Positions 21,811 to 32,123 of a DNA stretch of 64,000 nt are shown here, piece by piece (positions within the stretch are counted from its first letter, which is position 1; each line of letters begins with the position of its first letter). Under the pieces are notes generated by a model, which was given only the letters and a program-made list of their open reading frames with translations, had not been told where the DNA came from and did not search any database. Location: contig OZ025733.1 in NCBI GenBank assembly GCA_964019335.1, positions 186,001 through 250,000 of the forward strand, written 5' to 3'. Made by a program: the position numbers and the translations under genes. The DNA is from Diplonema japonicum (lineage: Eukaryota > Protista > Euglenozoa: Diplonemea).

Positions 21811-24800
21811 ATGTCTCTGTACACCGCGACAAAACGAGAAGGGGAGGAGTTCGACCCACCAGACGACGAAAGATGGAAAGAGATGCTGGTTGCCGTGCTG
21901 TTAAAAAACACAGGCGTGGGATGTTGGAAGTGGCAGTGGGTACTATCGGGTGCCAATCTACTCTACCTCGACCTACGGGGGAACAACATCACGGAAATCG
22001 GCGGGAGAGCATGGGAGGCAGCTGGAAACCTCCGAGTTTTGTTGCTGAGCGACAACCAACTGCAGAAAAAATCCGAACTCGAAAAAACCCTATCAAACCT
22101 CCCAGAACTGCTGGTTCTAAGCCTTCACGGAAACAACCTTATCCAATACAGGCACGCTGTCATCAAGCAATGCCCATCGCTTTTATTCTGCGACTATCAC
22201 ATTATCTCGGACACGGAGAGAATACCCCCAGCAGACGTTCCGTTGCCCCACCATGCTACTATGAAGCGGAAAGCAAAACCACCTTCCACAGCATACGCAC
22301 CGTTTTCAAGTTTTTTGGAGATCGACGTGGTTCCCTTTCTCCCGGATGCCGCCGGCGGGGAGGTCGAGAACCTGGCGAAGATCTCGCAGTTGTTGCAACA
22401 CATTAAACTAATCCACTCCCGAACAAGCCCTTCCGTTGCCATCCAGCGTATTTGGAGGGGTTATCTATCACGTAAGACACGATATGCCAGGGTGCTCGAT
22501 ATCCAAGACGAAAAGAGAATGCTGCACACACCCTTGCACAAACCCATGCGCAGCCTGTCTGTCGTACAATCGCTCGCCCCCATCGCCGTCGGGAAGATAC
22601 AATGCGCGTGGAGGGTGTACCAAGCGAAGACAGTCTTCTCGAAAAAGGTTTGCGAGAAACATAACCTGTCACATGTATACGTCCCGTTGTCACAGTTAAG
22701 TGTAGTGCTGAGCCTTATCTCACGGAATGCGGCGGTTCACAATGGTATCATCAAGGTATCGGATTCGAGTGTGCAGGAATATATGTTGTTGCGGTCGAAC
22801 GGGCGGTTCAACCCTTCTGAAAAGCGTAGTCTGACGCGCCTTCACGTCAAAGCAACACACGCTGTCGTTTTGAAAACCGGTAGTAAGAAGCTTCACTGCC
22901 CAGGCACCTGGACTTCGAATAAGAAATACGTCCGGTTTAACTTACCAGAACGTGAAGCCAACCTCCTCATTGAAAAGACTGCCGTCGCGGAGTTAAGCAT
23001 CCGGACCATAGACTACCCGAAGCTTGTTAAGCTGTACGTGCCTTCTGTTTTTCTCGTGTGGTTTTTGACGATGGTGGAGAAGCACAATGTGACGTCCACA
23101 GCCACAGTTACTGTTTATATTGAACGCGATGTGCGGCGTATCTCCGCAAGCTGTCTGATCCAAAAGGTGTTTCGAGGGTACCTTGTAAGGAAGCGGTACG
23201 CAGAGCAGCTCGGTGCAGCGCCACTGAGGAAGTTCTGTGCGTTGCTGATACAAACGCATTTCAGAAAATACCTGGCTGTGAAACGCTTTGTGTTCCTGAA
23301 GCAGTTGAAGGCTCTTCTCGAATACAGTTCGCAGTCCGACACATCCGGCACTGAGGTCTGTCTTGCTGTCAATACGTACAAACAATTGGCTTTTGCGGTG
23401 GAACACCCTGAACGGTGTGACTTTGACATCAAACCGTTGATCCCTTTGGACACAATCCGTGCCACAAGGGAAATGTCCGTTTTGCTGTCGTCGCTTCGGC
23501 TTGCGGAGGAGTCTCCCGACGGCGAGCACGTGTTCTTTCTTCAAGAACAGTTGAAGGAGCTTCCTTGGTGGCTTGTGTGGAGCGGGAAGCTTCGCAGCGC
23601 GGTGTCCGGGCCCCACACCCCCGACAGCTTGCTGCAATACCCCTCTCAAGCAGATCTGCTATCGTTTCTTTTTTACGGCGCGAAGATCGTCCATGCTGCG
23701 GTGCCCTCCCAGTATTCGTTCACTACCGTGATCTCGGAGCCTTCTCTGTCTTATGTCAGCAATTTCAACAGAGGGTACATTTGTTTGCAGTACGGCACGC
23801 GTGCAGAGGCCATGAGGCGTCGTGTCGCGCTCGCCGCTCTGACGTACGTGGCATCGTCGACGTCTTTCCTCTGCTTCGAGCCCCCCGAGTGGATCATCGA
23901 GTCAGACGCTGCGCAAAAGATCCAACGGTGGTGGTTTATGGAACGCGCTCGGCCTGCTACGCAAAGCAGGGCATCAAGCGCGCAGAGCATCGACGTAACC
24001 TGCGGCACGCTGCCCCCATCCCGTCCTGGCTCCGTGTCCGGGATGTGGGGCCCCACCCCGCCACAACGGTACAAAACACCCAACATCGTCAGCGACACCA
24101 TTCGGCACAGGCCCACCGTTCGGATCATACGGTGTGTCGGACAGGACCCCGTCCCGAGGATGCGCACGCCATGGGTTCCAGGAAGGACGTGTTCCGTTTT
24201 GTTGGAACAACCGGACAGGATCGAGCTGAAAGGGAGCCGCCCGTTGATACCAAAACCCGTCGCAGAGCAACGGCTAACGGAGATGGAAGGTTTGGCGAAG
24301 GAGAAACGGCAGCTGAAGGAATTTCTCAAGTCGAGGAAAAAAGCGGAGCTGGCGGAGCTGAAGGAGGCCGTGAACCGGCGGAGGAAAGAAAACAAAAAGG
24401 TGTGGGACACACGCGAGAAGGGGCCCAGCAACGCGGATACGAAGCCAGCTTTTCAGGAAGAACTCGTTGGTGACGTGCATCATGGCCGACCGGACCACGT
24501 TAATGTGACAGTGTCGCAGTTCAAACTCTCCGCAGCGCTGCAACGTTTTGCAGAGCAGGCTGACGACATAGAATCGGCCATGACCGCGAGAGGGCCTGAC
24601 CTTAATGTGACCCCAGCTGATTTGAAATGGATGACGGCTAAGGAGCTCTCCACACTCGCAGCTGCAAAATCAGCCCGACACGCACTGCAGGCTAAAGCTG
24701 ATGTTGCGATGCAACGGTACAACCGTCTGCAGGCGAAGATCTTCCTTGAAGAACGGCAGAAAAAGCAACAAGCGGACAGGGCCATCTCAACGGAGAAGAC

Positions 24801-25554
24801 ACGCGTGCGGAACCACACCGCGTTGACGCAGCTGTGGCGGGACGGGGAGGAGCGCAAGAACGTGGTGAAGACGAACAGGGAGAAAACCATCGAGAAGCAA
24901 GAGCTGATCTCCTCGAGGCAACGGGCGGAATCCTCCTTCACGCGACAGCAAAACGTGCTCAAAAAAGAAATGCTGAAGCGAAAGATCTGCCGGCAGAATC
25001 TTAAACAGCAGTCCACCGTCATTCGGAGAACCCACCAACGGCGTCTCGATGCGAAAGCAACGAAACAGCGTTTACAGAACTGGTCGAAATCCGATCTGAT
25101 GATGAAGACAGCACTCTCTATGTACGGGATGGCCCAGCACAGGGAAGCCTTCAAGCAGAAGGTCTCAGAAGAAGCTGCGCTGAAAAGGGCTCAGTACAGT
25201 GCTGGTAAGACACGGACTCTAGAGCGGCGCACTAAGCTTCTTGAGCAGTTCGAAGTTTTAGACCCCCAGAGCGGGACCTTCACAGCCCCCGTCATGCACG
25301 ACCTGCAGTGTCCTGAAGCACTCTCTCCTCGCAAGATCCCCCCTGTTCCACCTCCACCACTGCCGCTTGTGGCTGTCATACCCAAGCCAAGCCCAGTCAC
25401 AGAGTGGACCACGCCTCCTGTCACAGCTAGGCCGAAAACTAGGGCAACGCGATCCGCTGAAGGGACTCCAAAAGGTTGCTGGCTTCAGAAGCCCACCCCT
25501 CCCAGCCACGAGCGCCCTAAAACGGCACGCCCGCTTGTTACCCTCATTGTTTGA
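21811..25554 (+). CDS. Leucine-rich repeat and IQ-motif protein (LRRIQ3-like architecture)
   Basis: LRRs (LLYLDLRGNNI, LRVLLLSDNQL, LLVLSLHGNNL) plus LRR cap (YRHAVIKQCPSL); IQ motifs IQRIWRGYLSRK, IQCAWRVY, IQKVFRGYLVRK, IQTHFRKY, IQRWW; C-terminal coiled coil. Confidence 0.8.
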   Translation: MSLYTATKREGEEFDPPDDERWKEMLVAVLLKNTGVGCWKWQWVLSGANLLYLDLRGNNITEIGGRAWEAAGNLRVLLLSDNQLQKKSELEKTLSNLPELLVLSLHGNNLIQYRHAVIKQCPSLLFCDYHIISDTERIPPADVPLPHHATMKRKAKPPSTAYAPFSSFLEIDVVPFLPDAAGGEVENLAKISQLLQHIKLIHSRTSPSVAIQRIWRGYLSRKTRYARVLDIQDEKRMLHTPLHKPMRSLSVVQSLAPIAVGKIQCAWRVYQAKTVFSKKVCEKHNLSHVYVPLSQLSVVLSLISRNAAVHNGIIKVSDSSVQEYMLLRSNGRFNPSEKRSLTRLHVKATHAVVLKTGSKKLHCPGTWTSNKKYVRFNLPEREANLLIEKTAVAELSIRTIDYPKLVKLYVPSVFLVWFLTMVEKHNVTSTATVTVYIERDVRRISASCLIQKVFRGYLVRKRYAEQLGAAPLRKFCALLIQTHFRKYLAVKRFVFLKQLKALLEYSSQSDTSGTEVCLAVNTYKQLAFAVEHPERCDFDIKPLIPLDTIRATREMSVLLSSLRLAEESPDGEHVFFLQEQLKELPWWLVWSGKLRSAVSGPHTPDSLLQYPSQADLLSFLFYGAKIVHAAVPSQYSFTTVISEPSLSYVSNFNRGYICLQYGTRAEAMRRRVALAALTYVASSTSFLCFEPPEWIIESDAAQKIQRWWFMERARPATQSRASSAQSIDVTCGTLPPSRPGSVSGMWGPTPPQRYKTPNIVSDTIRHRPTVRIIRCVGQDPVPRMRTPWVPGRTCSVLLEQPDRIELKGSRPLIPKPVAEQRLTEMEGLAKEKRQLKEFLKSRKKAELAELKEAVNRRRKENKKVWDTREKGPSNADTKPAFQEELVGDVHHGRPDHVNVTVSQFKLSAALQRFAEQADDIESAMTARGPDLNVTPADLKWMTAKELSTLAAAKSARHALQAKADVAMQRYNRLQAKIFLEERQKKQQADRAISTEKTRVRNHTALTQLWRDGEERKNVVKTNREKTIEKQELISSRQRAESSFTRQQNVLKKEMLKRKICRQNLKQQSTVIRRTHQRRLDAKATKQRLQNWSKSDLMMKTALSMYGMAQHREAFKQKVSEEAALKRAQYSAGKTRTLERRTKLLEQFEVLDPQSGTFTAPVMHDLQCPEALSPRKIPPVPPPPLPLVAVIPKPSPVTEWTTPPVTARPKTRATRSAEGTPKGCWLQKPTPPSHERPKTARPLVTLIV

Positions 25555-25695
25555 ATACAGAACTAAAACCTTCCCTCAGAAATTCCACATTATCCACACC
25601 CTTCATTTACACCTTTAATAGTAGTTATCAGTATTGCACCCGACATCCCGTTTACGTCATTGATACATGATCAGGACACGACATCAAAAAAGAAA

Positions 25696-26925
25696 ATGCG
25701 TGCAGCAACCCTGTGTTTGGTTGGAGTGCTGGCGGCAGCAGCTGCTGGGAGCGACTCGTGCAGCGGGAATGGGTTCTACTACGAGGACATCAAAGGGTGC
25801 GACTGCTTTCCCTGCTTCGAGGGGGACACCTGCGACAAGTTTGTGACAACATGCATGCTGGACGACACCGGTGGCAACCCCAACCTGTTCGAGGAGTACT
25901 GGAGGAACCACACAGGCCCCACCTCCGCCGCCACTGAGCAGATCTTCTACAGGTCTCCCTACCAGCTCGGGAGCTCCCTCATGAGGACAGCTGCATCTAG
26001 GGCTGTGAACAGGGGACAGCTCCTTCCCGTCCTGAACGACACGATCATCAGCCTGCACGAGAAGGTGGGGAACATTGCGAACCTTCCCAACAAGAACCTT
26101 GTGATCGGCTCCGGTGCGACAGAACTGATCGGGGCGGCTATCTTCGCCTGCAAGCAGATGCACGGGAAGAACAAGCAGATGTACGTGTACGCTCGTCCCC
26201 CTTACTACAGCGGCTACACTGGGGGGCTCCTCGCTGTCGGGGTGGCGAACGTGTCCTTCACCTCCTCCACAGACCTGGACCCCTCGTCTGTGATCGAGTT
26301 CGTGGCGTACCCCAACAACCCAACGAACGAGTTCAACGCCCCTGTCTACCCGAAGGCTGCCTGTGTGATCCACGATCAGGTGTACTTCTGGCCCTCCCTG
26401 TCGGACATCAAGAAGGGTGGGGCACCCCTCAACACGGAGATCTCGCTCTTCTCGATGTCGAAGCTGACCGGGCACGCGGGGACCCGTCTCGGTTGGGCCC
26501 TTGTCGACAGCGAGGAGATGACGCAGCTGATGGACATGTACGTGACGCAGATGCAGATCCACGTGTCTGTGGACGCGCAGTTCCGCTCGAACACCGTGCT
26601 GCAGTACCTGCAAGGGGAGGACGGGTTGGCCTTCTTCTCATGGGTGAGGGGACAGATGGACGGGAGGTGGAAGCAGTTGAACGCGGTGCTTGCGGGGCAA
26701 AACAAGGTGAAGCAGCACTCGGTCCCCGGTGGCTTCTATGCCTGGATCGAGTGCATGGACCTCGCCCCCGGGCAGACCTGCCAGAGCGTCTTCAACAGCA
26801 ACGGGCTGAACCCTCGGGAGGGGCCCGCTTTTGGTGGGACTAACAAGTTCACTCGCTTGGAACTTGTTGTCGCAAGCAGCGTGTGGGACATCTTCATCCA
26901 GAGAGTCGCCGCCCTTGTCGCTTAA
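25696..26925 (+). CDS. Secreted alliinase / tryptophan-aminotransferase-related (TAA1/TAR) family PLP enzyme, copy 1
   Basis: Signal peptide; alliinase-type EGF-like domain (CSGNG...CDCFPCFEGDTC); G.P..FEEYW; PNNP; D..Y.WP; PLP-lysine motif SMSKLTGHAGTRLGWAL. Confidence 0.88.
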   Translation: MRAATLCLVGVLAAAAAGSDSCSGNGFYYEDIKGCDCFPCFEGDTCDKFVTTCMLDDTGGNPNLFEEYWRNHTGPTSAATEQIFYRSPYQLGSSLMRTAASRAVNRGQLLPVLNDTIISLHEKVGNIANLPNKNLVIGSGATELIGAAIFACKQMHGKNKQMYVYARPPYYSGYTGGLLAVGVANVSFTSSTDLDPSSVIEFVAYPNNPTNEFNAPVYPKAACVIHDQVYFWPSLSDIKKGGAPLNTEISLFSMSKLTGHAGTRLGWALVDSEEMTQLMDMYVTQMQIHVSVDAQFRSNTVLQYLQGEDGLAFFSWVRGQMDGRWKQLNAVLAGQNKVKQHSVPGGFYAWIECMDLAPGQTCQSVFNSNGLNPREGPAFGGTNKFTRLELVVASSVWDIFIQRVAALVA

Positions 26926-28058
26926 AGTGCAGGTAAGGTGACCATAACAATCCACACATATTCTCCCGTTCTCTACGCCTGGGTTACGTTTGTTTTATTT
27001 TTTCAATTTCCTTTTTTGTGTTTCTTCTTTTCCCCACCCACGTTTCGTTCTCCACTGAACGAGAGGGATGATACTATTCAGCAGTATTCCTCTTTGACTC
27101 CAGCGTGTAAGTACTGTTTCCTCTTTTGTTGTATTACTGACACCCCCCCCCCCCCCCCCCCCCTCCCTTGCATATTGCGTTGTTTGTGACGACACTGCGA
27201 TCCAAAACCTAGTCACCAACTTGAGCCCCATTCTAATTTTTCGAGTCCCATGGTAGAGAATGTATATGTCGGGCCATCAAATGCGCTTCTCTGAAATTCA
27301 ATAAAAGAAATGTAGCATTGTCATTCATGCACCCCCCCACCTCCACGTTGTTATGGGTTGCGCAGCTCTGCGCTCGAGCATTTCAGCGTAGCAAGCTCCT
27401 TCTCCAAAACCAACATCTTGTTCTTTTAAAGCTAAAGTGCGGTGTGTAGCTTGGCGAACTCCGAATCTTGTTGATGCAGAGACGTGTGTTATGCACAGTA
27501 ATAACGCCGGTAAAGCCTGGATTGTTTTACATTTAAGTAACTGGGGGGGGGGGGGGGGGGGGGATCCACAAGCTTATGGAAAACTTGTACCCCATTCTGA
27601 AGGAGAGGGTTGGTGCTGAGGTCGGCGTCGAACGGAGCATTGGAGATGATAGAAAGAAGAAGTTACAGGCCCGGGTGGCAGGCTTCAAGGGCAAGCGACG
27701 AACCATTGAGAAGTCGAAAAAGAAGAAGAAAAATAAACACAATACAACGCAACGCCGCCCCAGGCATAGAGGGCATCCAGTCCGTATCCAAAAACCAAAT
27801 CTTGTTGATGACAAGGTGGGTGAGCTTCATGATGGAAGGTCTTTGTACAGCAGGGTTGATGAAACAGAGCTCTGGACCTTTTGCTGTCTGGTGCGGTACT
27901 TTCCTACCGCCAAAGAATGATTTTACCGAGGTAACGGTAAAGTCATTACCTTGGTTGGCAGAGAGAAACTGCTTCCACTCCCCTTCGTCATGTCTCTCCT
28001 CGTCACAATTAATGACTCATATTCGCACGTGCGAAGACCTTACTTGCTGCCAAACGAG

Positions 28059-28096
<38 letters not shown>

Positions 28097-28139
28097 GGGG
28101 ACTAAGCGCAGCCGGTGAGCGCAAAAACGCATACCTTAA

Positions 28140-29995
28140 CCCTTAAACGACCAACTGCTTAGAAGCAGTTAATAGGTGTGATTGTTCTGTGGTCATCTAG
28201 ACCAAAGCCTCGGATCGGTTTTCATAAAAAAAAGATGGAATGGAAAGATATTGAAAATCTGCGTTAAATGCGCTATTTGTATCCACCTGAAACCTCATAA
28301 CTTCATCCCAGAACGGGGTGCCGAGACACCGGGTGACACCAAAAATGGGCATTTTCCGGATTTTCATGATTCTTCCATGATTTTTTCCCTCTTTTTTTTT
28401 TTTTTCCGAGTCACTAGGCCTTATCAAAATCAACATGCCAGCACACAACGGGAGCAGTTCCCGTCGACCTGCAATGTTCATATGGGTTAAATCCACCTCT
28501 CTACCTCAATCCTCCTTTCTTCTTTCCTCAATCCTCCTTCCTTACCAGGACCGCGATGACGATGTAGTTATGGGCGGTTGGGATCCTACGAAACAGGTGG
28601 CCCACCTTTCTGGAGAACGGATGGTTTTTTTGTAGTCGGGGATGCACTCGTTCTTCGTCGCGTCCCGGTGGCACCTCCCGCAGTTCGGCGGTTCAGAGGC
28701 TGGCAACGGTCCTGCGAGCACGCTGCTGCAGCGTTCCACGAGCAGCAATCGCAAGCCTTGCAGTCTGCCTGTGTTCTCGCCGCCGTTCACTTCTTCTCCG
28801 CGTACATCACCCGTCCATCCACAGTCGCTGCTCGCCGCGGAGCTCCCTGGGTCGGGTACCGCGTGTCCCTGGACACCGAGTTCTCGCGGTCGCAGGCGCA
28901 GTTCGCTCTTGCACGCCGCCGCGTCCGTCGTCACCGTGCACGTTGCGACCGGCTTGCACACGGGCGTCCACCGCCGTGTCCCTCTGGGCAGTCTGCATTC
29001 GGCGCCTTCAACCACTTCTCCCGCACGAAGATCGCTCCACGGGCTTCGGGTCGCATTTGGTCCCGTCCCACTTGCACAGGAGGTTCGGGTCGCTCGTGCA
29101 GGCCCTCTGGTCGATTGTCCCCATCGTCGTCGGGTTTGGTCCCAGCCCGGGGTACTCGTGGTGCTTCGTGGCACACGGGAAATGGATGGCCTGGTGTGGA
29201 AACCGGCACTGGTGTGACGTTTGCATCCCAGACGATGACCAGCATAACGGAGCATGCATGGGTAAAGAACGTATTGAAAAGCAAGCAGCACACAGAGTGA
29301 AGTGAGAAGGCCTCCCGTCTGCCACAACCCACCACAGGATTATCCCAAGCGAAAGTAGTTCAAAGCAAAGGAATGTGCCGGGATGGTGCAACAATCCCTC
29401 CTGAAATTGTGACCGTCGTGACGCCAGAGCAGCTGGAAAAAGGAAGAGAGTGCTCACTCCAACCCCTGGGATGACCCCCCGGGTAAGCGGAAGTCCAGAA
29501 ATGCTCAGCACGATGCGGAAGGTCAGCCTTCCCGGCTAACGCCAAACCGAGAGTGCATACCTCTGGCACCTTGGACACAGCTACGGCACGAGGTCTCTTC
29601 TCCTCGAACCAAATTGCCTCCCTGCCTTGCACACTCCATGTAAATGTTTCTCGCCCAGATACCTGATCCGTCTCATTGCGACAAACAGTCACCGCAGGCA
29701 CCAGAACAGTGAACACCCCCATGCACACTGAGATTTTAGCGAGTTTCGCATGCATGATTTCCAAGAAAAGCAAATGAACTTATGGTATCCGGTCGATGCA
29801 CCTCCATGGGTCGAAAGCACTAAATATTTAGTGGAATGAACGCACATCTTTCAAATCTTTCAAATGCGTACCTCGAATCAAAAAATAACCTCAAGACTCA
29901 GCATGTTTGACCCAATGCCAACAAAGACCCAAAATCGAAAAATTTCGAAAATCAATTACCCCCCCCCCCCCCCCCCCCCCCCGGGCGTCTAAGGG
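28140..29995. mobile_element. Non-autonomous piggyBac-like DNA transposon (1856 bp) carrying non-transposase cargo
   Basis: TTAA at 28136-28139 and 29996-29999; imperfect TIRs CCCTTAAACGACC / revcomp CCCTTAGACGCCC (11/13); subterminal inverted motif GAAAGATATTGAAA (~28244) vs TTTCAAATCTTTC (~29850). Confidence 0.75.
28560..29760 (-). pseudogene. Frameshifted GC-rich cargo resembling a Cys-rich surface/secreted protein gene
   Basis: Minus-strand fragments in different frames: QRACTSDPNLLCKWDGTKCDPKP, TTDAAACKSE, SSDCGWTG; no piggyBac DDD-domain motifs seen. Confidence 0.4.
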
Positions 29996-30085
29996 TTAAA
30001 AGAATAGTTTTTTTTTTTTTTTTTTTTTTTTTTCCCCTCTCCCCATGCACACGCACCCCCATTCAGGTTAATATCTTAAAAAAAA

Positions 30086-30691
30086 ATGAAATTACTGCTC
30101 CTTGTGTGCATCATCGCCCTCGCTGAAGGGCTCCGCCACCCAACTCTATGGAGTCTTGAGAAGCCCTGCCGCAGCGAGAAGAAGTGCAGGAATTGCGAAG
30201 GGAGGTGCGTGGAAGAAGAGACAGTGCAGTGCCTGAGGGACCCCTGCGAGGACTCGCCATGCGGTGACAAGGAGATGTGTGTTGCGAACTCCTGCGGGGA
30301 GTGCAGCGCCTGCTGCCTGAAGCCGAAGAAGTGCAACAAGCGCTCGAAGACGTGCAAGGACGGGAGTGAGATCTTCAGGGACCCCTTCAACAACTGCAAG
30401 TACCCCAAGTGCCCTGAACCCGCCTGCGCCCCGAAGGGCAGCACATTCTTCAACCCCAAAACTTGTGAGATCAGCCTCATTCATTGCGAGGAAGGCTTCG
30501 AGTACTGGGGCAACCTCCCAGACTGTGGTTGTGGTTGCAAGCCGAAGGTCCCTGCCTGCGCTCCGAGGGGCAGCACATTCTACGACCCCAAAACTTGTGA
30601 GATCAGCCTCATTCATTGCGAGGAAGGCTTCGAGTACTGGGGCAACCTCCCAGACTGTGGTTGTGGTTGCAAGCCGAAGATTGAGGGCTGA
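30086..30691 (+). CDS. Small secreted Cys-rich protein with two ~43-aa tandem repeats
   Basis: Signal peptide MKLLLLVCIIALAEG; ~30 Cys; near-identical DNA repeats at ~30420-30548 and ~30552-30679 (PACAP.GSTF..PKTCEISLIHCEEGFEYWGNLPDCGCGCKPK). Confidence 0.85.
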   Translation: MKLLLLVCIIALAEGLRHPTLWSLEKPCRSEKKCRNCEGRCVEEETVQCLRDPCEDSPCGDKEMCVANSCGECSACCLKPKKCNKRSKTCKDGSEIFRDPFNNCKYPKCPEPACAPKGSTFFNPKTCEISLIHCEEGFEYWGNLPDCGCGCKPKVPACAPRGSTFYDPKTCEISLIHCEEGFEYWGNLPDCGCGCKPKIEG

Positions 30692-32123
30692 AGAAAAGTT
30701 CTTTTTTTCAAGGAAACACAATTAAGAAGAAAAGAAAAAAAGGGAAATTAAAATTCTGCCGTGATAACTCACTTTTTATTTTCCCCCCTCAATTAGGGCT
30801 TTTTTAACTTTTTTTTGTTTTTTTTTTTTTTTTTTTTTTTGTTACCTCATCTTATTAGACATCATCCAGAAAGAATTAATTCATGAACAAGAACTATTCC
30901 CACTTAACTATCTAACAACGGACCATTTTTGTCCGTAATTCTTCAGAATTAATTTCAAAAAAAAAACTATTCTAACGCAACGCCCCCCCCCCCCCCCCCC
31001 CCTTTGGGATTCTGCAGAACTGCCCTCACCCTCGTTCGATAAAAAGAGAAAAGAAAGAAAAAGGGAAAACAAAAAAAAAATGTGAGCATGATCTATTGGC
31101 TGTGTCTCGGATACTTGTCAATGTCTGATCGGTCTGGACCGGATGGAATTTTTTTAAAAAAAAGTAAAAACAAAAAGAGGGCGTAAAAGAACGATAAAGG
31201 AGCGTAACAAGGCAGCATTTAGCAAAGGCCGAAGTTCCTTGTTTTCGTATTTATTGCATTTTTTTTCCTCTTTTATTCTCCCTTTATTACTTTTTTTTTT
31301 GTCATACCGGTCCAAATGACCCACTCGCTTTTTTTGTTTTTGTTTTATTTCCCATTCCTACTTTGCTCTCCTTAATTCTTCTCGACCCCTTCTCCCTCTC
31401 TTCGATACCCTGTTTTTCTATCTAAATATTCTATCTCAGGCGTCAGTCTTAGACCCTCAAAGAAATATTTATCCAGTTTTTAAGGGGTGACTTTTTATTT
31501 TATTTTTTTTGTTAATTTTTTTTTTGTACCCCTCTCGCAGTAAAAAAAAAAAAAGAATTGTTGCAAGCGTACGTTCAAAGCTGAGGAGCGGTATTGATAG
31601 GATAGCCGGGTTTTACACTTTCTTCCTATTCGCTGCTGCGGTGTAATGTGTTGGTACGGCTTATTCTGTCCATGGCCCCCCTCTACGTCCTGAGGATGTG
31701 GGTGGTGCTCACAGTGTGGTTCAGCAGCGAGGTCTAAGAGACGTTACTCCTAAACACTTGTAGGAGAACACGTCCCCCCCCTTTGAGTACTAGGCACGCC
31801 GTGTCTGAGAAGTGGTGCCGCACAGGTTAGCTGACTCCAATGTGTTGTTTGATTACAAACACGCGCCCCGCTCTGTGGTACTTAGCGCCGTTGACTTGTG
31901 TCGCCTTGACGTTAAAATAGCGTTATTCTAAACACTTAAATGCCTTCCTAAAGCTTTCCAGAACCTTTGTCCTTTGTCCTTTACTTTAAGTCTTTCTCCT
32001 CCTGTCGTCTCTGCTATCTTTACACTCATTCCGAAACGGCGTTTTTGTCATTGCGGTATATTCCACTATTTTGACTTTTTGCCGGATCTGAATAGCACAC
32101 AGGACACGACATCAAAAAAGAAA

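Noticed and set aside
26929-26940. Perfect CAG|GTAAG donor just after the alliinase stop (both copies)
   Set aside because: No matching acceptor can be assigned and it does not fit the local GTRT donor pattern; a 3'UTR intron is unprovable here.
27576-27920. 114-aa basic ORF upstream of the piggyBac-like element
   Set aside because: No recognisable motif, paralogue or codon bias; cannot be supported as a gene from sequence alone.
31689-31720. Hammerhead ribozyme core (CTGAGGA followed by a stem); similar at 60592
   Set aside because: The required GAAA does not follow stem II.
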